Part shown: piece after piece, positions 1 to 12,700 of the stretch | Layout of the letters: the number at the start of each line of letters is the position of its first letter | Position numbering within the stretch: the first letter of the stretch is position 1 | NCBI RefSeq assembly: GCF_036321535.1 | Contig: NC_087472.1 | Coordinates: 98,148,001-98,212,000, forward strand | Direction: 5' to 3' | DNA from: Camelus dromedarius | Taxonomy: Eukaryota | Length of the DNA stretch: 64,000 nt | Program-made: the position numbers and the translations under genes | The notes under the pieces: generated by a model | What the model saw: the letters and a program-made list of their open reading frames with translations, nothing else | What the model was told of the DNA's origin: nothing | Database searches by the model: none

Positions 1-61
1 AGATCAAAACAAAATGAGCTGGTCCCTAAGGCATGACTTTACATAATGTCCTAGACTAAAC

Positions 62-238
62 CAGGGGTTTCTAAACTTGAGCATGCATCAGTATCATCAG
101 AGGGGCTTGTTAAAACACAGAGTATTGGGTCCTTCTGCCAGAGCATCTGATTCAGCAGGTCTGGGGTGGGGCCCAGACATTTGCATTTCAAACAAATGCT
201 GATGCTACAGGAAGAGGATCATACTTTGAGAACCAGTA
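62..238. mobile_element. MER5A-like hAT-Charlie MITE
   Basis: CAGGGGTTTCTAAACTTGAGCATGCATCAG...ACTTTGAGAACCAG termini and internal CTGATTCAGCAGGTCTGGGGTGGGGCCCAG. Confidence 0.8.
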
Positions 239-2716
239 CTTTCAACCAACAGCACTCACCAGCCATCCCTTTCCCCCAAACTTTACTGAAGTATAGTTGA
301 CAGTTATTAGCAGTCCTTTGATGTCTGTGAGCCCAGGACATCACTAGCCCAGATTCCTTCCTCCCCCATTCCCTAGTGGCCCAGTCAAATCAGGAGTTTT
401 AGCCTTTCTTTGCTGATTTCCTCACTCTGCAGCTCCATTTTAATTCAGTGTCAACATTCTTTACAGAGAGCATTACTTTCTCTTGTCCTGGAAACACTCT
501 CCTTGCATTGGCCCATTTAGGTCTAAGTTAGTCCTCAGTTCTGCAAAACTCAGCTTTAAAAAGTTCCTTTCTTAAAGGTGAAATGCAACAGGGTTTTGAG
601 GTGAGAGTCGATTCACTGGTTTAAGAGAGAAAAAAAATCAGCACTATGCCGGAAAGACTTCCAAAATGAAAAAACAATACAGGATAGCTATTTTCAACTC
701 CTGCTTATACCACACCCTACGAAGAGGAAGAAATACTGCATCCCCGGATCCTAAAAAATCTGAGCTCCAGACTTCATGATTCCTCTCTCATCTACGACAG
801 CGGCATCAAAACACTGTAAACATAGGTTTAAAAAGCCACTTCCCAACTAACCCCTGTTTTCACTCCCACCTTCCCTGAGGAGGTGAGAGCAGCAGAGGTT
901 CTATTCTTGGCTGTTCAAACCACAGTGTGCGGTTGAGGGAGGCTATCCTCTAAAAGTGGGTTTCTGACAGTGAGGGGTTCGGAGCTGGGCTCTCTTTCCT
1001 TCTCTATCCAGAATCCTCTCCTGCAAAAGATGGGAAGCAACAGCACCCTTGGCAGGAGCAGAGGACCCAAAGGGCCAAAGGACCAAAGGGCTGGGGTGGG
1101 GGGGACCAGAATTAACCTCACTGCCCATTGGCTGTGGCTTCGGCTCCCCTCACTGATTCTGCCCAGTGCCTGGGGGTGTTTCAAAAAAAACAGGGGCCAC
1201 AAAGAAGAGAAAATGACCCTTCATGCTGAACTGAGAATAAAAGAGAGAAAAGGATGCCGAATAATACTTGAGGTTTTCTGTAACAAGGAAGACAAACTCT
1301 ACCTTCATCTGGGTCCCAAGCTAGAAAACAGAACAGCATGCCAGGGCCTTCTGAACTATCTTCATACATCAATCCCCTCCTCTGAGCCATCCCCCACATG
1401 CAGTCCGTGTGCTCCGGCAAAATGCATCACTCATTGCCCCCTTGACATGACATTTACAAATGGCTTCCTGTTGCCGGAGGATAAAAGCTGAAATCTTTAC
1501 ACTGCCTACAAGGCCTGTGAGCTTCAGCCCCTCCTCTCCCTTCAGTTCTATCTTGTGTCCCCTTTCCCCTCCAGCTCTGAGCTCCAATCACACCGGGCTT
1601 CTTGGGTTTCCTCAAAGGCACCAGCTGGACAGAGGCTCTGCTCATGCAACTCTTTCCGCGTGGGTTAAAATTGGAGACATTTGAAATGTTAGACCCATAA
1701 TCTGTGGGGGACAAATTATATGGCTGGATTGGTTTGGGCAAGTCACATAATTTTCTTGACCTTCGCTTCCTCAGATGTAGGGCAAAGACAGAAATAAACA
1801 ATGAGGGCCAACATCACAGAATTAGAATGAGGAACCATAGAGAAAACAAATGATTCACTAAAGGAATAAAATTAGTAACAAGAAATGCACGGGCCTTGAG
1901 GAAGTGAATTTATGAATTCAGAATAGACAGCAGGTAGGAGAAGCAGTTCAATTTGGAACTCAGTCTAAAAGGCCACTACAGGAAATCTCTGGTTAGTGCC
2001 ACAGGCAGACCTGTGAGTGTACTAGCGCATGTATGTGAGTGTGTATGTTTCTCTTCCAGAAATGTAAGTTCCCACACGTATTTCAACTGTTGTTGAAAAT
2101 AAAATTCCCCTCTCGTTTTATAAGTTAAAAGGTCCACGCATGTCTTAGAAAGTATCTGTCACTGCAGAAATATCAACACCGATGAGGCTTTCCAAACAAA
2201 CATATCTTGTTTGTGACAAGCTATTATCCAACCAGCCTACAATTAATTTTCCTGTTATGGGTAGTGCCTTTTTACATGGAATGTTCTCTTGACACTTTAA
2301 AGCAAATAGTCCGTCATTACTAATTCATTTAGTATACACACAGATGATATTAATCACAATGAACTAATGTGGTATTAATGGGTGGGTTATTAATCTGCAA
2401 TTACATGCAGATTTCCTAATAAATTCCAGTTGTCCAAGTTTTCTGAGGAGGAAGGCAAAGGAAAACAAAATGAACAAATCTTTCAGAAAACAAATTAAAG
2501 GGAAGAAATACCTCTCCCTGTACCATAAGAGAGGACACACAAAATTCTTGTTTTCTTTTTATCCTAAGAAATCTTTGCTCTTACCCAATACAATGACATT
2601 TGCAATATATAGGGTTTCATCAAAATAGTAATATGAATGGAAGAAAAACAAACCACCCCTGCACCCTGGAGAGGTGCTGCTTTACTGATATACCACGTCC
2701 TCAAATATAGCAAAGT

Positions 2717-2875
2717 CTGGCTGCTCAATGTTTGGTCCCTGGAATAGTAGTGGGGCATCACCTGAGAACTTGCCAGAAATGTAGACTCAGGTCCCTTCTC
2801 AGACCTACTGAAACAGGATCTGCTTTTTAACAAGATTCCCATGTTATCCACATACACATTCAAGGTTGAGAATGG
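2717..2875. mobile_element. MER5-like MITE
   Basis: GGCATCACCTGAGAACTTGCCAGAAATGTAGACTC...AGACCTACTGAA...GTTGAGAA. Confidence 0.7.
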
Positions 2876-3077
2876 TATCAAAGTACAGCTTTGCAGCTAC
2901 AAACTAGCATATAAGAAGGAAGAAGGGGAGTGTTGCTTATACGTCACTGAACATTAAAGCCTAGGTGTGCTGAGGAGGGAAATCATGCAAATCTCATTGA
3001 AACTGTTCAAGGTACACAAACAAGGTGGATATGACAGAAGTTGGGGAACCTGGATTATTAGAAATACAATTTACATA

Positions 3078-3708
3078 TCATATTTCATGAAATCTAAGAA
3101 GCTTTTTTTTTCACATCTTAACATCTCTGAAATTGGAATCCATCTTAAAACTGTCAGCTAGGCACAGTCACGACGTAGATGCCATTGCCTGCCCACGCGT
3201 GACCTTGACCTAGCAGCTCTCATCATTGGCACTTCAAATGAGTTGGTTGCATGGCTAGCAAGTTGTCACTTAACGTTTCTTCAGGAAGATTCACTACAAT
3301 TTGGCAATGAAATTAAAACTTACTACATATTCAAAAAGGCAGTCTTGGAGGAAAATCCCTGAGATGATTGAGAGCATGTTTTAGAGAAATGCTGAATCAC
3401 TGCCATTATTGATGGAAAGAGAATAATATTTTGTGAGAAAACAAAAGTATTGATGATTTCAAATCAAAAAATACTATGAGGAAGTTTTTGGAATAACTTA
3501 GCCCATTTCTTTTGCTTGCATATTCTATTTTATTTAATGCAAAGAGTAATATATGATAAAAATTAATGTCTAAGTCTAAAAGAACCTGCAATGAATATGA
3601 AATAAAAAGTTATAAGAAACCAATGTGTAATAGCTTAGTCTTGTTTCATATACATGAAACAACAGGGCATCTTACAGTTGACAGTCTTTTTGATTCAATG
3701 AAATATGG
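3078..3708. mobile_element. Tc2/mariner-like DNA transposon remnant (Kanga/MER104-like)
   Basis: Degenerate terminal inverted repeats TCATATTTCATGAAATCTAAGA / TTTTTGATTCAATGAAATATGG, each flanked by TA. Confidence 0.7.
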
Positions 3709-4579
3709 TATTAATTTACTTGAGGCTATGAAAAACTCAGCAGTGTTTGTGTGCTCTCTTGCTTAATTTTAAGTCAATAAATATAACCAACAAAATTGCA
3801 TGTCACTATAGCATTACCACTACAGAAGACTCAGTATTTTTCATTCTGGGAAATAATAAATGTGTCCAGAATATTCAAGCTGTGTTTGGATTTGAATAAA
3901 AGAAAGCAATAAAAAATTACTCCAAATGAGTCCAAGAGCATTTTAAGGACAAGTGAACCTCCGGGTGAGATGAGACATTTTAATTCCTGAATATTGGGTT
4001 TCACATCCAGGTCTCAGGGGCAAAAATACAAGCTTGGCCGAGCGGAAAGGCAGGCGTGAGGCCTCTGGCAAGAGCAGCCCCGTGGGCGTCCCGCCACCCC
4101 GTGGGCTGTGCAGCCTTCAGACCTCAGCCAGAGCCACAATCGCCTCCTTTCCTCACCCAGCACTTCCCGCGTGGTCCCCACTAGACATGCCTCCTTCTGG
4201 CAATGACCTGCAGTTTTCAAACCCCAACTTCCTCTTCCCCACAGCTCAAAGCTTCCAGACTGGCACCAACACTTCTGACCTCAATTAAAATAATAGAATT
4301 TGTACGTCTTAATTAACTTGCACTGGTGTGTATCAAGGGAGGAAAAAGAAATCTCTTTTCTTACATTATCCAGGACTTCGCCAAAATGTTGGGAAACGCA
4401 AATTGAGAGAAATTAATAAAACAGTTGGGGTACTGCCCGACATTCTTTAATGTCAACTAGCAAAGCATATTGCCAGACTGGTTATTTTGAATGGATCTCA
4501 TTTCACAAAACTCACAGAATATTCTCTAATGGACAGCAGCTACAGTTCTCTACTAGGTTAGTTTGGACATTGCCCTTGA

Positions 4580-4898
4580 GTAGGTTCTCAAACTTGGCTG
4601 CATGTTAGAATCACCTGTGGGGGAGGGGTGGTTAAAAATCCGGAAGCCCAGGCTGCACCCCCAGACCAATTACATCAGAACCTGTGAGGATGGGCCCCGG
4701 GCACCTGTGTCTTTATTTTGGGGGGGGGGGTAATTAGGTTTATTTATTTATTTATTCTTAGAGGAGGTACTGGGGATTGAACCCAGGACGCCATGCAGGC
4801 TAAACATGTGCTCTACCACTTGAGCTATACCCTTCCCCCATCTGCGTCTTTTAAGCTCCCCAGTGATTTCAGCGTGCAGCCAGGCTTGAGAAGCACTG
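4580..4898. mobile_element. MER5-like MITE split by a SINE
   Basis: GGTTCTCAAACTTGGCTGCATGTTAGAATCACCTG ... GCAGCCAGGCTTGAGAAGCACTG. Confidence 0.78.
4715..4839 (-). mobile_element. tRNA-derived SINE (camelid Vic-1-like), inserted in a MER5 element
   Basis: Pol III A box TAGCTCAAGTGG and B box GGTTCAATCC on -, AATAAATAAACCTAATTACCCC tail. Confidence 0.88.
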
Positions 4899-4904
4899 GT
4901 CTAG

Positions 4905-5360
4905 AACTGCTCTGTCCGACACAAAAGCAGTAGTCATAAGGGGGTCTTGAGTGCCTGAAATGTGTCTGGTCCACACAGACACGTGCTGCAAGTGTAAGAT
5001 GCGAGCTGGATTTCAAAGACTTAATAGGTAAGAAAGAATATAAAATGTCTTGAAAATAAGGTTTTTATATTGATTCCATGAAATGACAGTATTTTGGATA
5101 TACTGGGTTAGATAAAATATAACTTCACCTGTTTACTTTAATGTAGCTATTAGAAAATGTAAACTGACTATAACTCAATAAAAGAAAAAAAAGAAAATGT
5201 AAAATTGAGGTGGGGTATGGCTCAGTGGCAGAGTGCGTACTGAGAGTGCACTAGGGCCTGGGTTCAATCCCTCTATTTAAAAAAAAAAAAAAAGAAAAAA
5301 TGTAAAATTTCATGTGAGTTGCATTTGTGGTGACTTAACATTTCTTTTGGACATCACTGC
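4905..5360. mobile_element. MER3-like hAT element interrupted by an L1 tail and a SINE
   Basis: CTGCTCTGTCC...TTGAGTGCCTGAAATGTG...TTTTGGACATCACTG termini. Confidence 0.65.
5207..5296 (+). mobile_element. tRNA-derived SINE, short form
   Basis: TGGCTCAGTGGCAGAG...GGTTCAATCCC, poly(A); TSD AAAATGTAAAATT at 5194-5206 and 5297-5309. Confidence 0.88.
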
Positions 5361-6068
5361 TCTGGAAGGTACCTTTATAGGTCATTAGCTGTGAATATGA
5401 ATGAATTACTTAACCTCTCCAAGCCTCAACTTTCACAGCTGTAAAGTGGGATAATACCATCTTACCGGTTTTCAGAGGTTTTATCAGGTACTAAGAGTCA
5501 AACCATCTGAATTCTAATCCTAGCTCCATCGCCTATTAGCTGTGTGACCTTGGGCTGGTTATTGTCCTGCTGGGCTGCTTTTGTTTTCTTATTTGCAAAA
5601 TGCGGATAAACCTTCCATCTTATAGGCTTGTTGAGAGTTCAGGTTAGAGTTCAACAAATGGTAACAAGGGTATTTATTAAATAAAGTCACCTCTAACACG
5701 TGCCTGGACTGTTAGGCCCTTCTCTATGTGATGTACTCTTACAAATTTGTGAACGTTTTTTTCTTTTTGGCATGTTAAAGGGTCATTTCACAGTAATGAG
5801 TAGAAATACCCCCATTAGTAGTAAATCGGGAAAATGGGAATTTTTCCACTTCGTAAAAATGCTCAACCCATCCACACCTTCAAGTTGCCATTAAAAAGTT
5901 TTCAGAATTGAGGGTGAGCACACAGCTGAAGCCATCTCATCAGGGAGTTTGGAAATGTGAGGATCAAATTTTCAACTCTGTTGGAGCATGCATTTGTGTG
6001 CAACCAACTTTTTAATTTTTCTGGTGCCTGAGTTTTGTCACTGACCAGTTAGGAGTGAAGTAAAACCA

Positions 6069-6165
6069 AGGGGTGGCTATAGCTCAGTGGTAGAGCACAT
6101 GCTTAGCATGCACGAGGTCCTGGGTTCAATCCCCAGTATCTCCACAAAAAAAAAAAAAAAAAAAA
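6069..6165 (+). mobile_element. tRNA-derived SINE, short form
   Basis: TAGCTCAGTGGTAGAGCACATGCTTAGCATGCACGAGGTCCTGGGTTCAATCCCCAG plus poly(A); flanked by AGGAGTG(A/T)AGTAAAA direct repeats. Confidence 0.9.
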
Positions 6166-7591
6166 AGGAGTGTAGTAAAAGTAAGTGATCATTCCATTTC
6201 TCAAAGACACAGGTTTCAATGCCCAAGAAATCTGAGTCATCTGCTTCTGCAGTGAAATCTGGATGACCCCTGGAAGTTCCTGCAAAAATCCTGTATTCTC
6301 AGCTCCATTTTTATTCTGGCTTCTGGCAATGAACAGCAGGAATACATGAGGACTTGGGGGAGCATCAGGAATCGCTACCACCAAAGCTCACGTGAGCACG
6401 CCTCCGAATTGTAACCACTAAAGCCAGCTAGGATTTTTCTTCCCTTTTCAGTCATCCTCTTTCAGGAAGTGGCTTTTCAAAAATACGCAACCCTTCTGAA
6501 CAACTACAAAGTAAAATACGTTATACACGCCAACCATGCAAAACAGGGCATGGGTGTGGGCAGGTTGAGAAGTGGCGTCGTAGGTGTATATGTCTTTCTC
6601 AGGATGTGCATATTGTGCCAAAAAACTTATATTTAGTCCAAAGAACTTAAATTTAGTTGACAGTCTTCTACAGTAAAATGTTTTTAATCTTCCTACAACA
6701 TTCAAGCTAACTAGCAGGAAACTTTTCATAATGTGTTGCAATATTTATGCTACAAAAATGCCCCCTCATCTGTTTTTCCACTCCTTTTTTTTCAGTCAAG
6801 AGTCCCACGCATAGCATTTCCAGGCTGTCGCTCCACTTCTCAGTAACCTCAGCATCTCCTGCCACAAGTCAAAAATCTCACAAATGGATTCTGACATCCT
6901 TCATCTGCCCATCTCACTCCTGTCAGTTCTCACCAACAGCCCTGCTCATTCCTTCCTTCCCACAGAGCCAAGTTATACTGATTTGGTCTCCTCCTTGGAA
7001 CTTCACCCCAGCACCTCCAGTTCCCCTTTACCCTGTCCTTCCAAGTTCAAACAAGAGCACCTGTCTTCAAGATCAGACAACAAGCGAGCTCTTTCATACA
7101 CCACATAACATGTGCTTCTGAAGACACTACTTTGTGTATTAGTATTTTCAATTATTTGCACTGTTTATAAATATTTTTAACTACACCATGGCAAAAGCTG
7201 TATCATCTTTAGTTGGGCATTGACCTTTAACTCTCTGCTTTCATAATAGGTATGTAGCAACAGACTAATTTCATCCATAAATGTATCTGTTTCATGACAC
7301 AGGCAACCCCATAAAGCTCGTACTTAATCAGTGCAAGCTTTGGCATTGGCACAAATCTCCAAACACATACCTCTGTTTTCACCTAATATCCTTATAAATA
7401 AATAAAATATAATGTGCTCATTATCCAGGGATTCTAGACAGTGGACTGTTCAAAGATTTGGGTACGAGTGGACTCATGGAGCCATGTAATAGTCATCTCC
7501 AGTAGAAACACCTGAATTAAGATGCACTGAAAGGCTGGAGTGAAATAAAACTATACCTTCTTGAGGCCTGCCCCAGCAATCTTTACATAGG

Positions 7592-8087
7592 CAGGGGTTC
7601 TTCATCTTTTTTATGCCATATATCCCCTGGACAGGTTCTTAAAACCTATGGGCCATTCTCAAAATAATGTTTATAAGAACATAAGAAATATAGATTTACA
7701 ATGGGAATCAGTTATTTCACAACACAGTTAACAAAACAGTTGTTTTACTGTTTGACTTCGTGATATATGTGTCACTTCATTAACTCACTAAATAAGACCT
7801 AGCATCAAGTCGAGCCACTACTATGGTTTTCAATTGGTGATGTATGTAGATAATATTTCAAGATACCTGCAACATCTGTATTAAAATTTTTAAAAGTGAT
7901 TCCCATTGGTAACAAAGTCAAAGCTAATAATACCAGAGATTGTAGCCTACATTTATAATTAAAGAAGATGCTAAAGTTCCACCAGAGGTTTGCAAAAATA
8001 AAGGTGCATTTTTCCCCCCTATTCAAGTCCCTGAATTTTATCAACAGCTCTCTTGAGAAGACATGGGTCCAAGTTAAAGATCCCCTA
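7592..8087. mobile_element. hAT-Charlie non-autonomous element (MER119-like)
   Basis: Termini CAGGGGTTCTTCATCTTTTTTATGCCAT ... AAGTTAAAGATCCCCTA. Confidence 0.7.
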
Positions 8088-8510
8088 GGGATGAGGAAAA
8101 GAGAGAGAAAGGAAATTGGTGTAAACAAAAACGACAACAACAACAAAAAATAGTGGTATCTGAAGAGGATTTACAACAGCCTAAGATGACATTTTTTCTT
8201 CTACCAATTCCTCTTTCCTCTTCTCTCTTCCCCTGTAGGAGAGATTTAAAACTCATGTACACCAATGAGTGTGTTGTCTGACCAATAGATTATTATCGAG
8301 AACTTCCAAGGTTTCATGACCAAGGTTCGGCAATAAACGTTGGGAATACACACAAATACCCTAACCTATTTATTGTTTTCATGCCCGGGCTTGCTTCTTT
8401 CAGGATTAGCTGCTCATTTACAGGCATAATGAGACTTCTGGAAAAAACTAGATCACAATATTTCACTCGATAATAATGTTGCTAAATTTTTCTTATCTAT
8501 TAAAGTTCTA

Positions 8511-8602
8511 TTTTTTTTAATTGAAGTACAGTCAATTACAATCTATCTCTGGTGTACAGCATAATATCCCAGTCATGAATGTACATATATTTGTTTTCAT
8601 AT
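8511..8602 (-). mobile_element. Short LINE-1 3' tail
   Basis: T8-AATTGAAGTACAGTCAATTACAAT on +; TSD TTAAAGTTCTA at 8500-8510 and 8603-8613. Confidence 0.8.
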
Positions 8603-9582
8603 TTTAAAGTTCTAATTTTATTTGACTAGGAAACTAACCTTTCTTAAGCACCTAGAGTCCTGAACCAAGTGTACCAAGTGCTTTTAAAATGTCAATTTAA
8701 TCCTCATGAAATTAACAATAATAACAGATGCCACTTTTTGAACCCTGTAAGACTTCCAATGCATTTCATTGAATTCATTCAACAGCATTGCCAGATAAGA
8801 AAAGGAGGCTCAGAAGGAAGTGGTTTGCCTGTGATCATATAGCCAATAAGTGGCAGAGTCCCAATTTCTTTTCAGAGCCCAAACCTGAACACCATCCTGT
8901 GAGTTCTTATTTTTCTTGCTGTAACTTACACAAGATCACACCGCCAGGGAGTCTTGGAGTCCCGGGAAGGGCTCTAGCCTATCTCACTATCCACTCCCCT
9001 GTCCTGCCTTCCTGATACCTAAAACACAAATGAAGAACTGACAATTAGCCTTCACCTCCAATCAGGGGCAAGCTCTGGTTGCAATTCAGGGCTCTTTTAG
9101 GACAGCATGCCAGCCCCAGGCACAGAAGGAGGGGAGAAAGAGAAGAGAAAGCCACCCAACCCAGCCAGCCTCTCACCCCGACACTGCACTCAGCCACTCA
9201 CAGAGGGCACGATCTTTCTCTTTCTTCAACAAGTATTACTAAGCAACAACTATGTGCCAAGCACCATGCTGGGTGCTGAGTTACAGTGAAGCCTAAAATG
9301 GACAAGATTCTGGCTCTCAGGAAATATACCATGGGAGAAGTGGGGACGGCAGCAAGCAGAGATGAGAAAAACAAGTAAACAAGTGTAGAGACAAGATAAT
9401 TTCAGACAGTTATAAGTACCACAGAGGACACTGATAGGGTAACAGGAAAGAGAGGAACTGGAGACGGGAGGAGAGAGCTATTTTTAATAAAGGTGTTCTC
9501 TGATCCTTCTCTATCAGTGGAAAAAATTTGAGTTTCTTCCCAGATAGCTTACCTTTCTAATGGCCTGTTCAGGACACTAGAA

Positions 9583-9906
9583 CAGCACTGTCTGACAGAA
9601 GTATTATCTGAGCCACATATGTAATAGTTATTTTTATTTTAACTGTATTTGAATAAGTAAAACAAACAGGTGAGATTATGTCTAATAACAGATTTTATTT
9701 AACTCAATGTATCTTAAAATATCACTTCATTATGGAATTGATGAAATAAATCATCAGTTTATTAGTGAGATATTTTATATGTTTTCTAAACGAAGTCCCT
9801 GAAATTTGGATGTATTTTACACTTATAGCACATCTCAATTCCGAGTAGCCATATTTCAAAGGCTCAAAAGCCACATGTGGCTAGTTGCTACCATACTGAA
9901 CAATGG
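9583..9906. mobile_element. MER33-like hAT element
   Basis: CAGCACTGTCTGACAGAA...GAGCCACATATGTAAT ... GCCACATGTGGCTAGTTGCTACCATACTGAACA. Confidence 0.75.
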
Positions 9907-10770
9907 CTCTAGAGTCTTGATTACAATACCTATTGAGATAGTTTGTGATGTGCAGATTTTTAATTTCCACATGGTAGTCTTGGGGGTCTCATTAACTTCT
10001 GCAACCTCCTGTGCCCAACACAATGCCTCTTGCTAGATGCAAATGAGGAAGTCTAAATTCTGGTTGCTACTGGCAACAATCGTATTACCAAGCAGACTTA
10101 GAAAGAAGCATGAGACAGTGGATGTACACACAAAGAAAGGAATGTAATCCTTAATGGCATAGTTCAGCTGCTGGATCAACTCTTACCTGAAGGCCACACT
10201 ATTACTAGCCATTTTGGTTACATGAGCCAAAAAATTTTCTTTCTTAAGTTGGTGTTTCTGTTACCTGTGACTAAAAGAAACTGGTGCCAGGAAAAAAGTA
10301 AAAGCTCAGTAAAGAGTCCTGTGTTCACAGATAAATGAATACAATCAAAATGCTGTGTAGTTCAATCTATTTGAAGTGAGCACATTTCCCTCATATTAAA
10401 GAACATACAACTCAGAATGAATGTAATTGAATAGGTCTGGTTCTTATCAACCGTACCCAACTTATTTGTAATATAAACCACTATGAAAGAAAAGCTACAT
10501 TAAAGCCACAAGGGAAAAGATTAGATCTTAAAATAAAAGGCTTGGAATAGGAGAGAGTCAAAAAGTAAGACAAGGACATGCATGGGGGGTGGAATGTATA
10601 CACAAGAAGAGAATCTAAAATGCTGACTGTCGGAACTACCAGAACACAAGCTTTTACATGTAGTGGCCATTCTCATGGCCTCTTTACTTCCTTAATCTAT
10701 TTAGAAAGAGGTCATACCCTAGAGCTAAATGCACATTTTTCACAGAGCCTTCCAGAAGAAATTCATTTCT

Positions 10771-10912
10771 TTTTAAATTTTTTTTTGGTTTGGGGGGTGG
10801 GTAATTAAGTTTGTTTATTTGTTTATTTATCTTTAATAAAAGTACCAGAGATTGAACCCAGGACCTCTTGAATGCTAGGCACGCACTCTACCACTGAGCT
10901 ACACCTCCCACC
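10771..10912 (-). mobile_element. tRNA-derived SINE
   Basis: A/B boxes on -, family tail; flanked by CATTTCT direct repeat. Confidence 0.87.
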
Positions 10913-12469
10913 CATTTCTGTATTTGAAGTGAATGTCTCCCAACAGGAAATTGCAAAAGTTTTAAAAATTTGACAACTTCTTTCCCCTTCCTCACACTCC
11001 CACCCTACTCATGCTGAAATGGGGTACTGCAATTAGGAAAAATGGAAGCAACAACAACAACAGACTTTTCAAGTAAAATCATTTCATTTCGTATCCTACA
11101 AGTCTTTGATACAAGCCCACATCTTTACACAGCACCCCTCTGTGCATGCAGGACCAATGATGACATACGTAGAATCTAGCAATGTGTTGCTCCCTGTATG
11201 GCCACATGACAACGAACCAGCATGGTCAGAAAAACAGGAATCTGCTCTGAGTGGGCACACTCACTCCAAACAGCAGACTCACTGAGACTGACAGGAGCCA
11301 AGTTTTCACCAGCAATAAAAAGTGCACCACAGTGGCTGACTGCTCCTTAGCACTTCCCCACCACATCCCTGTTTTGTTTTTTCCAGTCTGAAATCGTTTG
11401 TTTCAAAAAGCTTAACGATGTCAAGGCTCAATTTGGTACATCATTATAGTGACTAAAATGACACAATTCACAATGTTTCCAGTAATAGGAACTTTCTAAT
11501 TATCAAATGACTTCACAGGAGATGAACTGAAGTCTTCAGCTTTTTATTATCTGCAAAAGATGATTGGGCTAAGATCAGTAATAGGAAAAACAAGATTATG
11601 AGGGGCGGGTATTTAATTATGAGAATCATCTGAATCTCAGCCAGCAGGTATTAACAAATAAATAACCAACCTATGAATCACAATCATCTTTCTCTGCTCA
11701 TTAATGCACAGATCCTAGTTCATCTTACTGTTCTGCTGGTGCTGTCTGTGCTTGAACATAATAATGTACTGCATTTCTTTATAAAATATTGGCAAAGATC
11801 GCTATTCCATAATAGAGATGAGCTGGCCCTAAGCTGACTCATCTGTCTTCTGTTTGACACAAGTGTTCTATCTCACTCGTTGCCTCATGTTTCATAAGGG
11901 CTCATTTGCAAAATTTTCATCTGCTCGTTCATAAGCAATGCATGCTGTGTCATCTTCATAGTCACATGAAGACAAATTTGGGAGGTTTTATAGGAAGCAA
12001 ATTCTAATACATTGAAACACATGACTGCATTCAGCCTTTTTTAAAAAAAACAAAAAACAAATCTTGGAGCAAACAAGAAATAATTTTATTTTCCAAGTAG
12101 AAATCTGAGCCTTATATGCCATTTAAAGAAAAAATTCATGAAGCCAGATTACTGACTTCAATAGAGGGCAATTTTTCATCAGCAAGGTCTGTCAAATCCA
12201 TTTTCTTCCACAAATTGGACAGCCGTATCTGTGTATTCTCTATCAGCCCTAAGAAAATGGTATTCTCTTGATTGGTAGTATTGGGTTTTATTTTTGGATG
12301 TTCTCTCTTTTTATGAAGGGTGAGGAAAAATATCTAGACAGTATTCAATATTTTCGAAAGCACATGATATTTGTGGAGGATAAGACCAGAAAAAAAAGTT
12401 AAAGCACTTGAGAGACACTACTTCATGAGCCTTAGAGCTATCTTTGAGACAAAATGGAGGAGCAAAAGG

Positions 12470-12700
12470 ACAAACATTAATTGAGGGCCTGCTGTATGGC
12501 AGAACCTGGCCTGTGTACTTTATGTAGGTCATCTCCATTATCCTCACAAATCCTATGAAATGAGTATTCTTCTCTCCATTTGAAACACAAGAAAGCTGAG
12601 CTTGGTAAGCTAAATAACTGACCAAAAGTGACACAGAAGAGGAATGAAAGTGAACCAGGATTCAAATCTAGCTCTGTGGCTTCAAAACTCATGCTATGAC
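12470..12700 (-). mobile_element. MIR SINE
   Basis: ATCCTCACAAATCCTATGAAATGAGT...GAAAGCTGAG...CCAGGATTCAAATCTAG MIR core. Confidence 0.7.

Noticed and set aside
970..1491. 173-aa ORF antisense within PHEX intron 3
   Set aside because: No recognisable protein similarity and its end runs into L2-like sequence.
6069..6140. Possible tRNA genes (also at 33784, 33904 and 39527)
   Set aside because: They have A/B boxes but also poly(A) tails, TSDs and many diverged copies, so they are tRNA-derived SINEs.
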